This document shows positions 53,301 to 64,000 of a stretch of DNA of 64,000 nt, in pieces; the stretch's first letter is position 1, and each line of letters begins with the position of its first letter. The stretch covers positions 6,882,001 through 6,946,000 of the forward strand of contig JBHGNT010000021.1 in the NCBI GenBank assembly GCA_043228905.1, given 5' to 3'. The notes below the pieces were generated by a model that did no database searches, was not told the DNA's origin, and worked only from the letters and a program-made list of their open reading frames with translations. A program made the translations under genes and the position numbers. Source of the stretch: Azolla caroliniana (lineage: Eukaryota; Plantae; Polypodiophyta).

Positions 53301-56300
53301 TTTTCAACTGCACAATTTGAATTTTATTTCTTTTAGGCATTACATGTTGGAAATTCTTTTTTGACATGGTGTCACCTTCTGCACACCATCTTGTTGTAGA
53401 TGCTTGAAAAAACAAATTGAGCACGTTTTTGCTGCAAAGAAGAAATAAGCATCATAGCATTTTGTAATTCAGAATGAATATATTGAGAATGATGATGTTT
53501 TTCTTGCAAAATTTGAAGAGATGCCAAACCTCTCTTAGCATTCAACAAACTTCTAGTGTAATTACTTTGTTTTAACTTACCTTGTAGTATAAAGAAGTTG
53601 GAAACTGCTTGAAGAGCATTCTGTAGTTTTTGACAATTAAAATCCCCTACAACCATTCTCCAAAGTGAAAAAATGGTATGCTGCAAATTCATATCATCAA
53701 CAGTAAACCTTGGCACGTACAGTCGAGAAATAGAAGTATGGTTGTCCATACTGAATTTGAGTATAATCGGAGCATGATCAGAGAACAAAGTGCCCAATAT
53801 AATACCCACATATCCTCCACGATCCCAAAAAAATGAATCTACATAAAACCTATCTATTCTAGACAAATTGAGAGTGGCACTTCTTCAATTGGAACGTAAA
53901 TATAACAAGGAATCGGAATATGCCACAAATCAGTAACTTCATATTTGAAAATTAATTTCTCCCACTCACACAATTCCAAACCCGAGATAGTAACAAAAGA
54001 TCCACCTAATCTATCAGTAGGGCTTTCAATCATGTCCCAATCACCACCCATACACCAATGTTGTGCCACATGAAAATCTTGCAATAACATATTCCACAAT
54101 CGAATTCTTCCAGTATCAGAATTCTGAGCATATACATTCAAAAAACCAATCAATTTTCTAGAAATAAGAATAAGCATATATTGAACTCTACCACCATGCA
54201 AGACTCCTTTAGCTTGCACATGAGACTGCCATTGCATTCTGAGTGCGATACAAGACCACCTTGAGTACCAGAGGGTCCAAAAGCCAAAACCCATTCATAA
54301 ATCCAACTACCACTTAATAAATTTCTAATCGACGCTTTGCTTTGCGAATTAAGATAGTGTTCTTGAAAACATTGCATATCAAGTCTACCTATAGAAGATA
54401 GAGATAGGTCTTGATTCAAGTAACATTTTACTCTATTACAACGACTCCCATCTAATCCTTGAAGGTTCCAAGATAAAATGTTAAAATAATCCATATCAAT
54501 ATTGAGATGGAGAAGACCTCTTATGAGTCAAAACTCCTTGTCTCTCCTTTTGAGAAGGTGTTACTGCTCTTGTTATTCTTTTTTTCACATGGGAATCCTT
54601 GAATAAAACATGATGGTCGTTATATACTGTATTTTTGCTATTCCCAAGCGCTTTTATAGTATCCTTCGCAGATGTAAAAACATAAGGCCACTGCCCAACC
54701 CCTGTCTGCAAAACAACCGAATATGATCAAGCATCTACCTTTGGATCGTTATGTTCAAAAGAGGTTATCATTTTTTGAACTGACGTTTTAACTTTCGTCA
54801 GAACTTGTTCTGGCATTGGGTATAATGATTGGAACAATTTCCAAAGTGGAAGTGGAAACCGGCATATCTACATCTTTTTGCAAAGCATCCATACTACATT
54901 CAGGCGATGCTAAGGGAGGAGGAATGACTGGAATAATCTTCATAGATGGAGTGGAAACCGACATTCCTATATATTGCCTCAAAGTGTCCATACTACATTA
55001 TGGCAATGCAAATTAAGGGAGATTGGAGCAAAGCATATCAACACTTTTCCCCTTCCCCACTTTATTTAAAGATGTATTGAAAGCCTTTTCTTGTTGAATT
55101 TCATGAGGCAACAAAGTAGTGACAACAATATTACTTTGATTATTCATAACAACAATAGGCCTCACATGGGCAGCCAAATAGTCTTTTGCCAAATGACCAA
55201 TTTTTTTACAAGAAAAACACTGGTTGGGCAAACTGAAATAAAGCACTGTCTGAATTTTCTAAAACATATTACCATGCAACTTTGGAAGATGAATCCAATT
55301 AGGTAAAACTGCATCCATTTTACATAGTAACTTGATAAACGAGGCTCCACCTTTTTCTACAATGTCCTTAAACATAGATGAGTTAACATGTAGAACTCTT
55401 CCAATTGTTGGCCCACTTTTGTGAAGAACCTCCCTCCACTCCTTATCTAGGCCTGGAAAAACAACAGTACACGTAAAGTATCCTGTTGCATCTGCCTGTA
55501 GAACTGTCGTATCAAAACCGTGGGTCCATGGGGAAAAGAGAACTCATGCGCTTGAGATGTCTACCAAGTGAATGGAAAGGAGATTACGAACAGAAGAATG
55601 GTCTGCAAACTCCAATTGGTAGCAACCTCGGCCCATCGGATGTTGTTAATAATTCGGTAAGTAATTAAGCAAGGATTAATTAGTGCCTAATTATGTGATT
55701 AGTTTATAAGCAGAAGATTAAGTGATGTGTGTGTGTGTGAGAGAGAGGAAGTTAACACTTATGAACAACACAAGATGGGGGATGATTAACTCTATATTAA
55801 ATTAGCATTATCATCATCAAATACAAAAATACCCACAATGAGGTATATATAGATCTCATGTGCAAGGGTGCACATGTGTGAAGAGAATATAGGTACAAGG
55901 GTGTAAGTCCTATATTAAATGTACTTGGGAGTGGAGGATCTAGAATATCCCACTTAAGTACAAGGTCCTATTTAAGACGTTATAGTCAACACTTCTAACT
56001 AGATTTTATCTAGGTAACTACGAAGTTACATGGTTGACAAACTAACTAAACTAAGTTGAGCTTGATCTCTCAACAGATGTATATCAATAAACTTATCGAG
56101 TTTCTCTTGTAATGTTGCTTGAAGAAGATGACGGAGATCCCCTCTACTCGGTCATTTTCCCAAGACTTGGGCAACAACTGAGCACTCCTGGAAGCGTTTG
56201 ACTTCATTGAGGATAACGAGCTCATCCTCCAGTGCCAACTAAACATTGATAGTACCATTGATCGTAGGAGAAGCAAGTGCCGATTCACTAGATCACTCCT

Positions 56301-56685
56301 TGGGCGTTGACGACGATAGTGTAGACATAAAATATCTTCTTGTCATGTATATGTAAGTTTCTCTATTTCCTAATTAATCATTCTCTTTTCCCTTCCACTT
56401 CCTTCTCCTTCCTTCTCCCAAACCACCACCACCACAAAGTCGTCTACTTCTACTTCTTTGTCTGAGCTGTGATGGATAAAAAAACAATTTGGAAAGAAAG
56501 CAAACATGTTGGAACAACTGTTGCAGAGCAGCAAAACAAATTTGCCTCCCAATGGTTGATTTCCTTCTTTTGTTGCGTAGGTAGTGAGGCTTAGAGAAGG
56601 GAAGGAGTCGATGTATAAGATGGCGAGAGTTTGATGCAGAGGAATGTTGACGGGAGAACCATGACAGTAGAGAGCTTTATAAAGC
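50362..56685 (-). mobile_element. Full-length, decayed L1-clade LINE with 16-bp TSD
   Basis: TCCCATTTTCATGATT flanks both ends (50346-50361, 56686-56701). ORF1 has a DUF4283-like region (MGRGCYQLEF) and the knuckle CFSCKKIGH. ORF2 has an AP endonuclease (SWNLQGL, GDWD, SRIDRFY, SDH), RT (LDFEKAYDRVDW, VRQGCPLA) and zf-RVT (FRWLLMHYALPV). Confidence 0.93.
55644..56075. mobile_element. Solo LTR (432 bp) inserted in LINE ORF1
   Basis: TGTT...AACA termini with a GATGT TSD (55639-55643, 56076-56080). The LINE ORF1 translation joins across it (KFIDIH|PMGRG). Confidence 0.9.
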
Positions 56686-57399
56686 TCCCATTTTCATGAT
56701 TATACAAGCAAGGAAGAAGCTTATTATGTATGTCTAATTATTGGACCCATGGATATTTTTTGTTCTCTTTAAAGGGCATCTTGTTTCCATAATACACCTT
56801 GGAGATACAAGGAATGCAATTGTAGATCCTAGAGGTTTACATGTTGAGTTATTGTCTTTGCTTGTCTCTTCCTTAAGACAAAAGCTACTAGCAAAATGCA
56901 TTATGATGATACAACAATGCATTTATCAGTCATCTATATGAGTTGTTGTTTTTTGGGGTGAATCTTGCTAAATGGAAGAGATAATGGTCAAAGTTTTCTT
57001 ATTTGCATGTATCTCCCCACTGAGATAGAGAATTCATTTGTTAGTTTTGTACTTCCATTAGTTGATTTGTCATCTTTCCCACAAAGAAGTGTTCGTGAAA
57101 TAAGGTTTCTTGTTTTGCACATGCATGCATGTCATTTATACTCCAATCATTAAGTTGGATAATTGAAAGATATTTCAAATTTGTTCATTATGCATGCAAA
57201 CATGCTATAAAAACATGTTGTTGATCCAAAATTAACCTAAAGAGTACCAACACATAATTCCCCTTTTCACTCAATTGACAATGCCTCAAAAAATGAGTCA
57301 AGCAAAATGAGTGTGGTCTCTTTTTCTCGTAAATAATAGCTTTCATTAAAAAAGAAAAATTGCCACCATGGCAAATACTAAGAACTCACTCCAAACCAA

Positions 57400-58760
57400 C
57401 ATAATAATGTGTCGATGCCAAAAATAATGACCCATCACCCTACATAATTGTCACTCTTTGTGTTGATTCTTCAATATTTCCAACAATGAAATTTGTCTCA
57501 AAAGAAATCCTTTTAACCTTGGAGCCTATTTCTTCACCTCAACTTGTGGATCAAAAGTAAAGGTTCTCATAACCCCCACCCCATTTGGGTTGCTTAAATG
57601 TTGACAAATCGCCCCATGATGCACTATCCACCATCGTCACCCATTTTAATTTACAACTCATTTTGTACATGAAATGATAATCTATTTATGCATGCTAATC
57701 CTCAACTCTAAATCAACAAATGATTCTACATGTTTGTATCCTTAGGAATGGTGTCACATGTAGATCATAGAAACATGATACGATCATCCACTAAACCTTG
57801 TGTCGTGCAAGGGTTCCCTGATGGAAACCTCAATCTTGTCAATTCTTAATCTACAATCATATTATGCAACTTAACAAGAATAGGACGTGTGACCATTGCA
57901 AACAACGAACTAATTGGACATCTTGGTTTAACAAATATTCAAATCAAAATAGGTTGGGTTACACCATTAAGTAGTACATGTGAAATCAAACCTTCAATAT
58001 TGTATATATCAACCTCGACATAGGATATCCAAAACCCATCACGATCTATCAACTAACGTAGAGATATTAATCCACAACATCTAATTGCAACATGACTTGT
58101 TCATGCTCCAAGTCCTTTGCATGATCAATTTCCATTTGTACACTCAAAATATTACATAGATTATGTCCTCTTCCTAAGAAACCATATATATGCAATGTGG
58201 GTAATTGAAGGCAAGATCTATTACTTTTGCATAAATCTTGTAAATTCCCATCATAAGAGAAATAGGCCCCATTAGGGAAAGGACATTGAGGAAGGTACCT
58301 TTGGCAAAAGCTTTGTGGAACCAATATTCTGAATTTCTGTGAATGAAGCATGTGTTTTTATGTCCAATTTTTTGAAAGCAAAATTCTAAGTGGCCCCTTT
58401 AATTGTGTTACATATTTCTTAAACAACCATGGAAACCTATAGTCATTGTCACCAATGCAACACACTTGGTTGTGGCTTCCCATTGACAATACCTAGGCAA
58501 GCCACATGAAATTTAACTAGTGTCGCAATGTCATTGAGTGTTGAGGAAGGGGGTGATGTCATGTCTTGATGCCAAGTGTAATAATTGTTCAAAACTCCCC
58601 GATTTGGGTGTAGGTGTTGTGGGGGGCATTGTTGTCTATGTGGTGTCTAGGGGTTTTACTTGGTGCCACATAATTGTGGAATTGCTGACGAGGTAAGAAG
58701 CAATCTAGCCCATAAGCTTTGTGACTAGTACATTTGTTCGGCATCATTTAATTTGAACTC
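57400..58760 (-). mobile_element. Old retrotransposon (probably Gypsy gag/protease) relic
   Basis: Decayed coding-like sequence with a Pro-rich gag-like part; no clean motif. Confidence 0.35.
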
Positions 58761-59227
58761 ATGGCCTAATAATGGATCAAATTCTAATGTATGTGGAGAA
58801 ACAATATATGTAGATCACATACATCAAGAGAACCATGCTTGCACATTTTTTAACATACATGTACATGTGTTGGGTAAAAGTCAATGTTGGCAATCACACG
58901 AAAATTAAGAGTATACACATTATTAAGAAAATGTGTAAACAAGACGGGGTAGAGGATGAATACATTTGGGGTATTTACTTGATCAACTTTGATTATAGGA
59001 GGACATATTAACTTGCCTCACATATTCAACAGATTATCAAAGGCAATCCTACAAGCTTTCATGCAAAAGCAAGCCTTGCAAATCGAACATACTTACACAA
59101 TCATCGAGGCATCGACCCTTGCATTTGGGTTGGAAAGCAAGATTAGCATATTAAGCTTCTAATTTGGGTTAGGTGTAACAAGGCATGGGGATGTGCATCT
59201 CAATAAAATGAGATTGTGCAATCGGGA

Positions 59228-59710
59228 GGGCTCTATCACTTCATGATTGGTAAATTAATCTTTATTGGATTGACAATTGACAACGGTTTGGTTTGGTTCG
59301 AGAGTGTTGAACTCAAACCATTTAAACTGAATCGTTTAAAAAAATTGAAACTCAAACCGAACCAAATCAAACCACAAAACCGTTTAAAACAAACCTTTAC
59401 AAAAAAACAACAAACCAAACAATTTTAGAGACTTTCAAACCTTTAAACCGCAAAATTGTTAAACCCCCCGTGGTTACGCAATTCGGTTTTGCTTTATAAG
59501 TTTGGTCAAAATTTCCAAATTTCCAAAATTTAATGGTTTAAACCGTTTGAATCGTGGTTTCAAACCGTTTAAACCAAAAACTGTTAAACCGATAAAGGCT
59601 CGAACCGAACTGGCAAACCCCGAAATCAAACTGAACCGAAACCGAAACCGAAACCGAACCATTTAAACCATTAATCCGCAGTTTCGCGGTTCTGAACCAA
59701 ACCGATGCCG
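59228..59710. mobile_element. AAACCG-rich non-autonomous DNA transposon (hAT/Ac-like subterminal repeats)
   Basis: Dense AAACCG/CGGTTT/AAACCA arrays and a related copy near 33460-33760. TIR and TSD were not resolved. Confidence 0.65.
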
Positions 59711-60194
59711 ATTGTTACATAGAATCACATGATTCATACATTATTTGTATGGATAGGTAAATAGGCCCAAGGGTATGTAATGTAATTTTGGAAAATTCTG
59801 GGGAGCAATGTATGTATGTATGTATATGTCTTCTCACATACATACAGAAAATGCAGAGCTGAAGTGAAATGAGGGGTTTGCAGGTATGCCCCTCTTCTTC
59901 TGTCTTCAAGTGCTTTGGACTTTTGCATTTTCTAGGGTTTCAAACAGAAGAGGTATCTTCTTTTAGACTGAATCTCTTCCTTTCCTTTCTTTTCCTTTTT
60001 TTTTTTTTTTTTGAGTTAGGGATTAATGTTTATAAGGTTTACCATGGCTCTCAGACACTACGAACTTCAATCAGAATTTAGCATTTAACAAGATTTTTTT
60101 TTCTTGTTGCCTACTTTTTCCTGGTAACTGAATTCTCTTTCCGTGTTGGAAATTGTTGCAGAAAAAGAATTAGAAGAAGGCTGAAGAATTAGCT

Positions 60195-60578
60195 ATGGAT
60201 TCTGATTATGTAAGGAAGCTTTCTAATATATCTAATGAAGAGGGAGAAGAGAAAGAAGATATCAAGATCACAGACAAAAAAGAAGAATCTGTGCATCTAA
60301 CTAGACAACAAATCATTAGGAAAAAGCTAACATCTGCGCTAAATCCTGCTGTATTAGAGTTAGAAGATGTGTCTTATCAACATTTAGGTCACGCCGGAGT
60401 AGGGAAAGGAGTTTCTGAAACTCATTTCAATGTGAAGATTGTTTCTTCGGTATTTGAAGGTAAGTCGTTGGTGAAAAGACACCGTCTTGTTTATGATTTA
60501 TTGCAAGAGGAGCTTCAGAATGGTTTGCATGCACTTTCCATTGTTGCAAAAACTCCTTCTGAAGCAGAGAAAACTTAA
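60195..60578 (+). CDS. BOLA: BolA-family protein (BolA1/SufE1-C-terminal type), 127 aa
   Basis: EDVSYQHLGHAG, ETHFNVKIVS, GKSLVKRHRLVYDLL and GLHALSIVAKTP. Probable 5'UTR intron ending at TTGCAG 60161. Confidence 0.95.
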   Translation: MDSDYVRKLSNISNEEGEEKEDIKITDKKEESVHLTRQQIIRKKLTSALNPAVLELEDVSYQHLGHAGVGKGVSETHFNVKIVSSVFEGKSLVKRHRLVYDLLQEELQNGLHALSIVAKTPSEAEKT

Positions 60579-63500
60579 ATTAATGAAATAGTTAAAAGTT
60601 TTTATTTACCCCAACATGTGCATACTGTGATACATGCACGCACACATTGTAAAGTTTGTGTCTGTGTATGTTACGTCAAATTGCTATATATAAATTAAAG
60701 TATTTATGCAGTTACATAATAATTGAGCATTTCTTTGATCATCTTTTTGAAAGATCCAGACTCTGTGGTGTCTCAACCCATGATAGAGTGCAACAGATGA
60801 TCTCTCTCCATTGATCTGATCTAAAAATATATCCCCCTAGCTGCAATACCTTATGAACATCAATTCTAGAATCTTTCTCTGTATTGTCTAATCCTATCCT
60901 GAAGTTTGTGAGTGGATTACTTCTCAATTCGTGCTTTGCTTTTTTTGTTCTGTCTATTTTTCGAGTTGGTTGGTATCCAAGCTCTACAACATCTGACGGA
61001 GTAATTCTTTACATGTCAAGGAGCTGTGATCTTGCAGGCAAACCTTTATTCGTGACAATAAGTAGTTAAATAGCAGTTCTCACAAATGTAGATGTAATAT
61101 GCTTAAAGCTACAAATGTAATTCAAATCTTTATTCTTAGAATGGAGCCTCTTGATATCTACAAATAAGATGATATATACCTATGATCCATTTGCAACAGT
61201 AGGTTTGTTATGTAAGCCTATCATTGCCTGAAGACAGTTTCTTGCATATGTCTCTGTTTGAGAAAAAGAAACAAATTTTAATCAAATGCCAAAGTAAACA
61301 AGCATACTTATCAAGCTTCAACCACTTGATACGTACTCTAGTAAATGCTATAAGTAAAACTCTTCTAGTTTTTGGCAGATTCCCTTTGTTTGGGGATGCT
61401 ATTTGCACGTTATACTTCAATTATAAATGAATGACAAGTGTTTAGGTTTTTAATTTATATGCATTTAGCCGAATGCTGTTTCTTACAAACATCCAAAGTG
61501 AAACTGAAGATGGGGATGGTTAGAGAGTGGCATCTTGTTAGAAAGAACTGCAGTTATGTCAAAAACATGGTCTTTTGAACTTCTACAATAACTCAATAGA
61601 TGATGAGAACAGTTTTATCGATTTAGGGTTTAGGGGGAGACCTTTTATGCGAATATCATTATAGCTAATAGCCTAAATATAACTTGACATTAAAAATTAT
61701 ACCAAGGTGTTCTTTTTTGACATTTTTGAGAAAAGATTGGAGACAATAATTTATACATAGGAGACCCACTTTCACTCTGCGACCTGTACATTTGATTTTA
61801 TTGTCAACAATATGAAAATCTAATTGCAAATTGAAGTAAACTCTGGCTGAGCAATCAGTGACAGATCAAAGGTCATAACTGGAATTTCAATTCCAAGTGT
61901 ATCATAAGATTCAAAACTGAAGTGGCCTTTGCAATCTCAGCAATCACACAATATTCAGATATAATTCTTTTTCGTCACCATTTTAAGATATCACTACTAT
62001 TCGTTGTCAATGAAAACAATTAGCCCATTTCTGGTAAGCTTAAGTTGTTTTTTTTTCTCATTGTGTCTGACTTAATACCAAGGTTATGGAATGAACTTTG
62101 GATGGAGGCAATAGTACATTGGGCCATGTGTTCTTTATCTGCAAGTTGACATTGTATCAAATCTGATGTGACACCCCCGCCCATATATGCATAAACACAT
62201 CAACAGAGTGCAGTATGATAATATGATTGACTATGAATTGCAGGCCAATGGATGGACAGCATATTATATTCACGTGTGAGGTCATTGGAGATAAGGGAGG
62301 GTCAATGTGAGGACTGATTGATGAAGGAAATCACTGGTTAGAAACTGCAATCAATTAGTGGTTTTTGGGATGTTTGGAGTTATATTTAGGTAGCTGTCAA
62401 TTTGTTCTAATATGAAACTTTAAGTGTTTGGAACATAATTATTTGGGGAATGTGCTTTTGATCTTGAGAGTAACATTGTACTATCACATTGCCAACTTTT
62501 GCAAACTTGTATTCACGTACCATGCATTATCAAATCCAAACTGACATTCTTGAGAATATATGATAACCAAAAGGTTGCCATGGTGGTTATGAGAATGGAA
62601 GTCTTATGGAAGGATGCATTGTAGAAGCTACAAACTTTGGCTCATGGTAATAACTTGGCGAAAAAACTACTTCAAAGAAGCATGTTACGATGAGCATATT
62701 TGGTACAGGACAGAAACATCTAATTAAGGAACTCGAAATGTGCAATGATTGCCTAAGTTCATGAATGTTTGTAATGCAAAATGTATATTGCAACTGCTCC
62801 CTGACAGCAGTAAGCAACAACTTTTGAAATAGTACACTAATGAAATGTGATTTAGAACATGAAAGCCAATTTCCTTATGATCATGACTCAATATCAATGT
62901 TGCCTTAATTTGCAAAATACAGGATACTTTCCTTGTGGGACAAGAATTTAAAACACTATTTTTGCTTAAAGAAGACAACATATGCAGGGATTTTTCTACC
63001 AGAACTTTTGAACAAACTATTCCAAATTGCTCCAAAAACAGAACATTTCACATTTATGAACATAGCATACAAACCATGACAGAAAATTAACATGAGTTTC
63101 AAATGCAGAATTTGATTCACTCCAAGTGAAATTTTAAATGAAACATTTCACATTGCTGAACTTAACATACAAACCATGGTAGAATCTTAACACGAGTTTC
63201 AACTGCAGAATTTGATATAATAGGGCCATGAACAATCCAATGACAAGAATTCATGGCCTACTTGATAGGTACAGGAAATAACCCTCTCCTCAGCAGTGAT
63301 CTACCAAATAGGAATAAAAACGAGGCACTGGAAAATAATGAGGCAGTTATAATTCCTCTTATTATAATAGTGCAGAACAGGTGTTTGGGGGAAAAGAAAT
63401 GAAAATGCATATTACCTGGTAATGGATGAACCTTTTGAATGAGGGTCCGTATCATTAAAAGTATTGCAACACTTTTTAAATCGACATCTAATGCTATGAG

Positions 63501-64000
63501 GCAACTATCATCATTCTATTGAATAGATCATGTCACTAATAGAAAAAGAGTTGACCATTTTCATACAAACCTTATCGATTGTGATACATCAGCATTGAGC
63601 ACATAAGTTATAGCTTCTAGACTAAGAAGTGCGAGAGACAAATTAGGCCGTTTAATATCTAATTATTCTGAAAATGCCTTTGAACCTTAAGACTAGTGAA
63701 CTTTCCGTTTGGATCCTGAACTATATGCCTCCTAATATCACTTGGAAAGCTTGGTCATCACAACACTTTAACAAGAGAATAATTTGTATGAATCAACTTG
63801 AATACTATGCAATTCAGAAGATGCCTTCAAACGTGAAGTTTCAATTTGGTTTCTGAACTCCATAATTCTTCCTATATAACCCACGGAAGCTCAGTGCACT
63901 ATAATACTTCTTAGTATAGCATCAAGTTGAAAAAAAATGTTGTTCCCCTACTAAGATCCCGTGAAATAAGAAAATGCAAAGAAAGTCGGCGGCCAATTCT

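Noticed and set aside
62585-62830. IKELEMCNDC resembling a PPR-DYW domain motif
   Set aside because: No HSEK motif or PPR repeats, and multiple stops; too short to support a call.

Overview
AT-rich, intron-containing eukaryotic nuclear DNA from a land plant with flagellated sperm, most plausibly a fern. This is inferred from a plastid ISE2 helicase gene lying next to a flagellar central-apparatus gene. Five host genes are supported: a 16-exon ISE2/DExH15 plastid RNA helicase (+, 9438-24168); a 7-exon CFAP119/C1a-32-like flagellar gene (-, 27411-30506, mostly missed by the ORF track); a 2-exon mitoferrin/MIT-type mitochondrial carrier (-, 38283-41802); an intronless 621-aa protein (-, 46918-48783); and a stand-alone BolA with no transit peptide (+, 60195-60578). 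The 621-aa protein combines an integrase-type H2C2 zinc finger with a FAR1/Aft-like WRKY-GCM1 finger. The rest is largely transposable elements: a Gypsy with a nested Copia (CCTTC TSD), a 3'-truncated Copia in ISE2 intron 8, a full-length L1-like LINE (16-bp TSD) interrupted by a solo LTR (GATGT TSD), LINE fragments, MITEs, a SINE-like element and several local tandem duplications. The strongest novelty candidate is the apparently domesticated 621-aa zinc-finger gene. Its position between mitoferrin and BolA recalls the yeast Aft-Bol2-Mrs4 iron circuit, but that link is only a hypothesis. All assignments were made by eye; no database searches were run.
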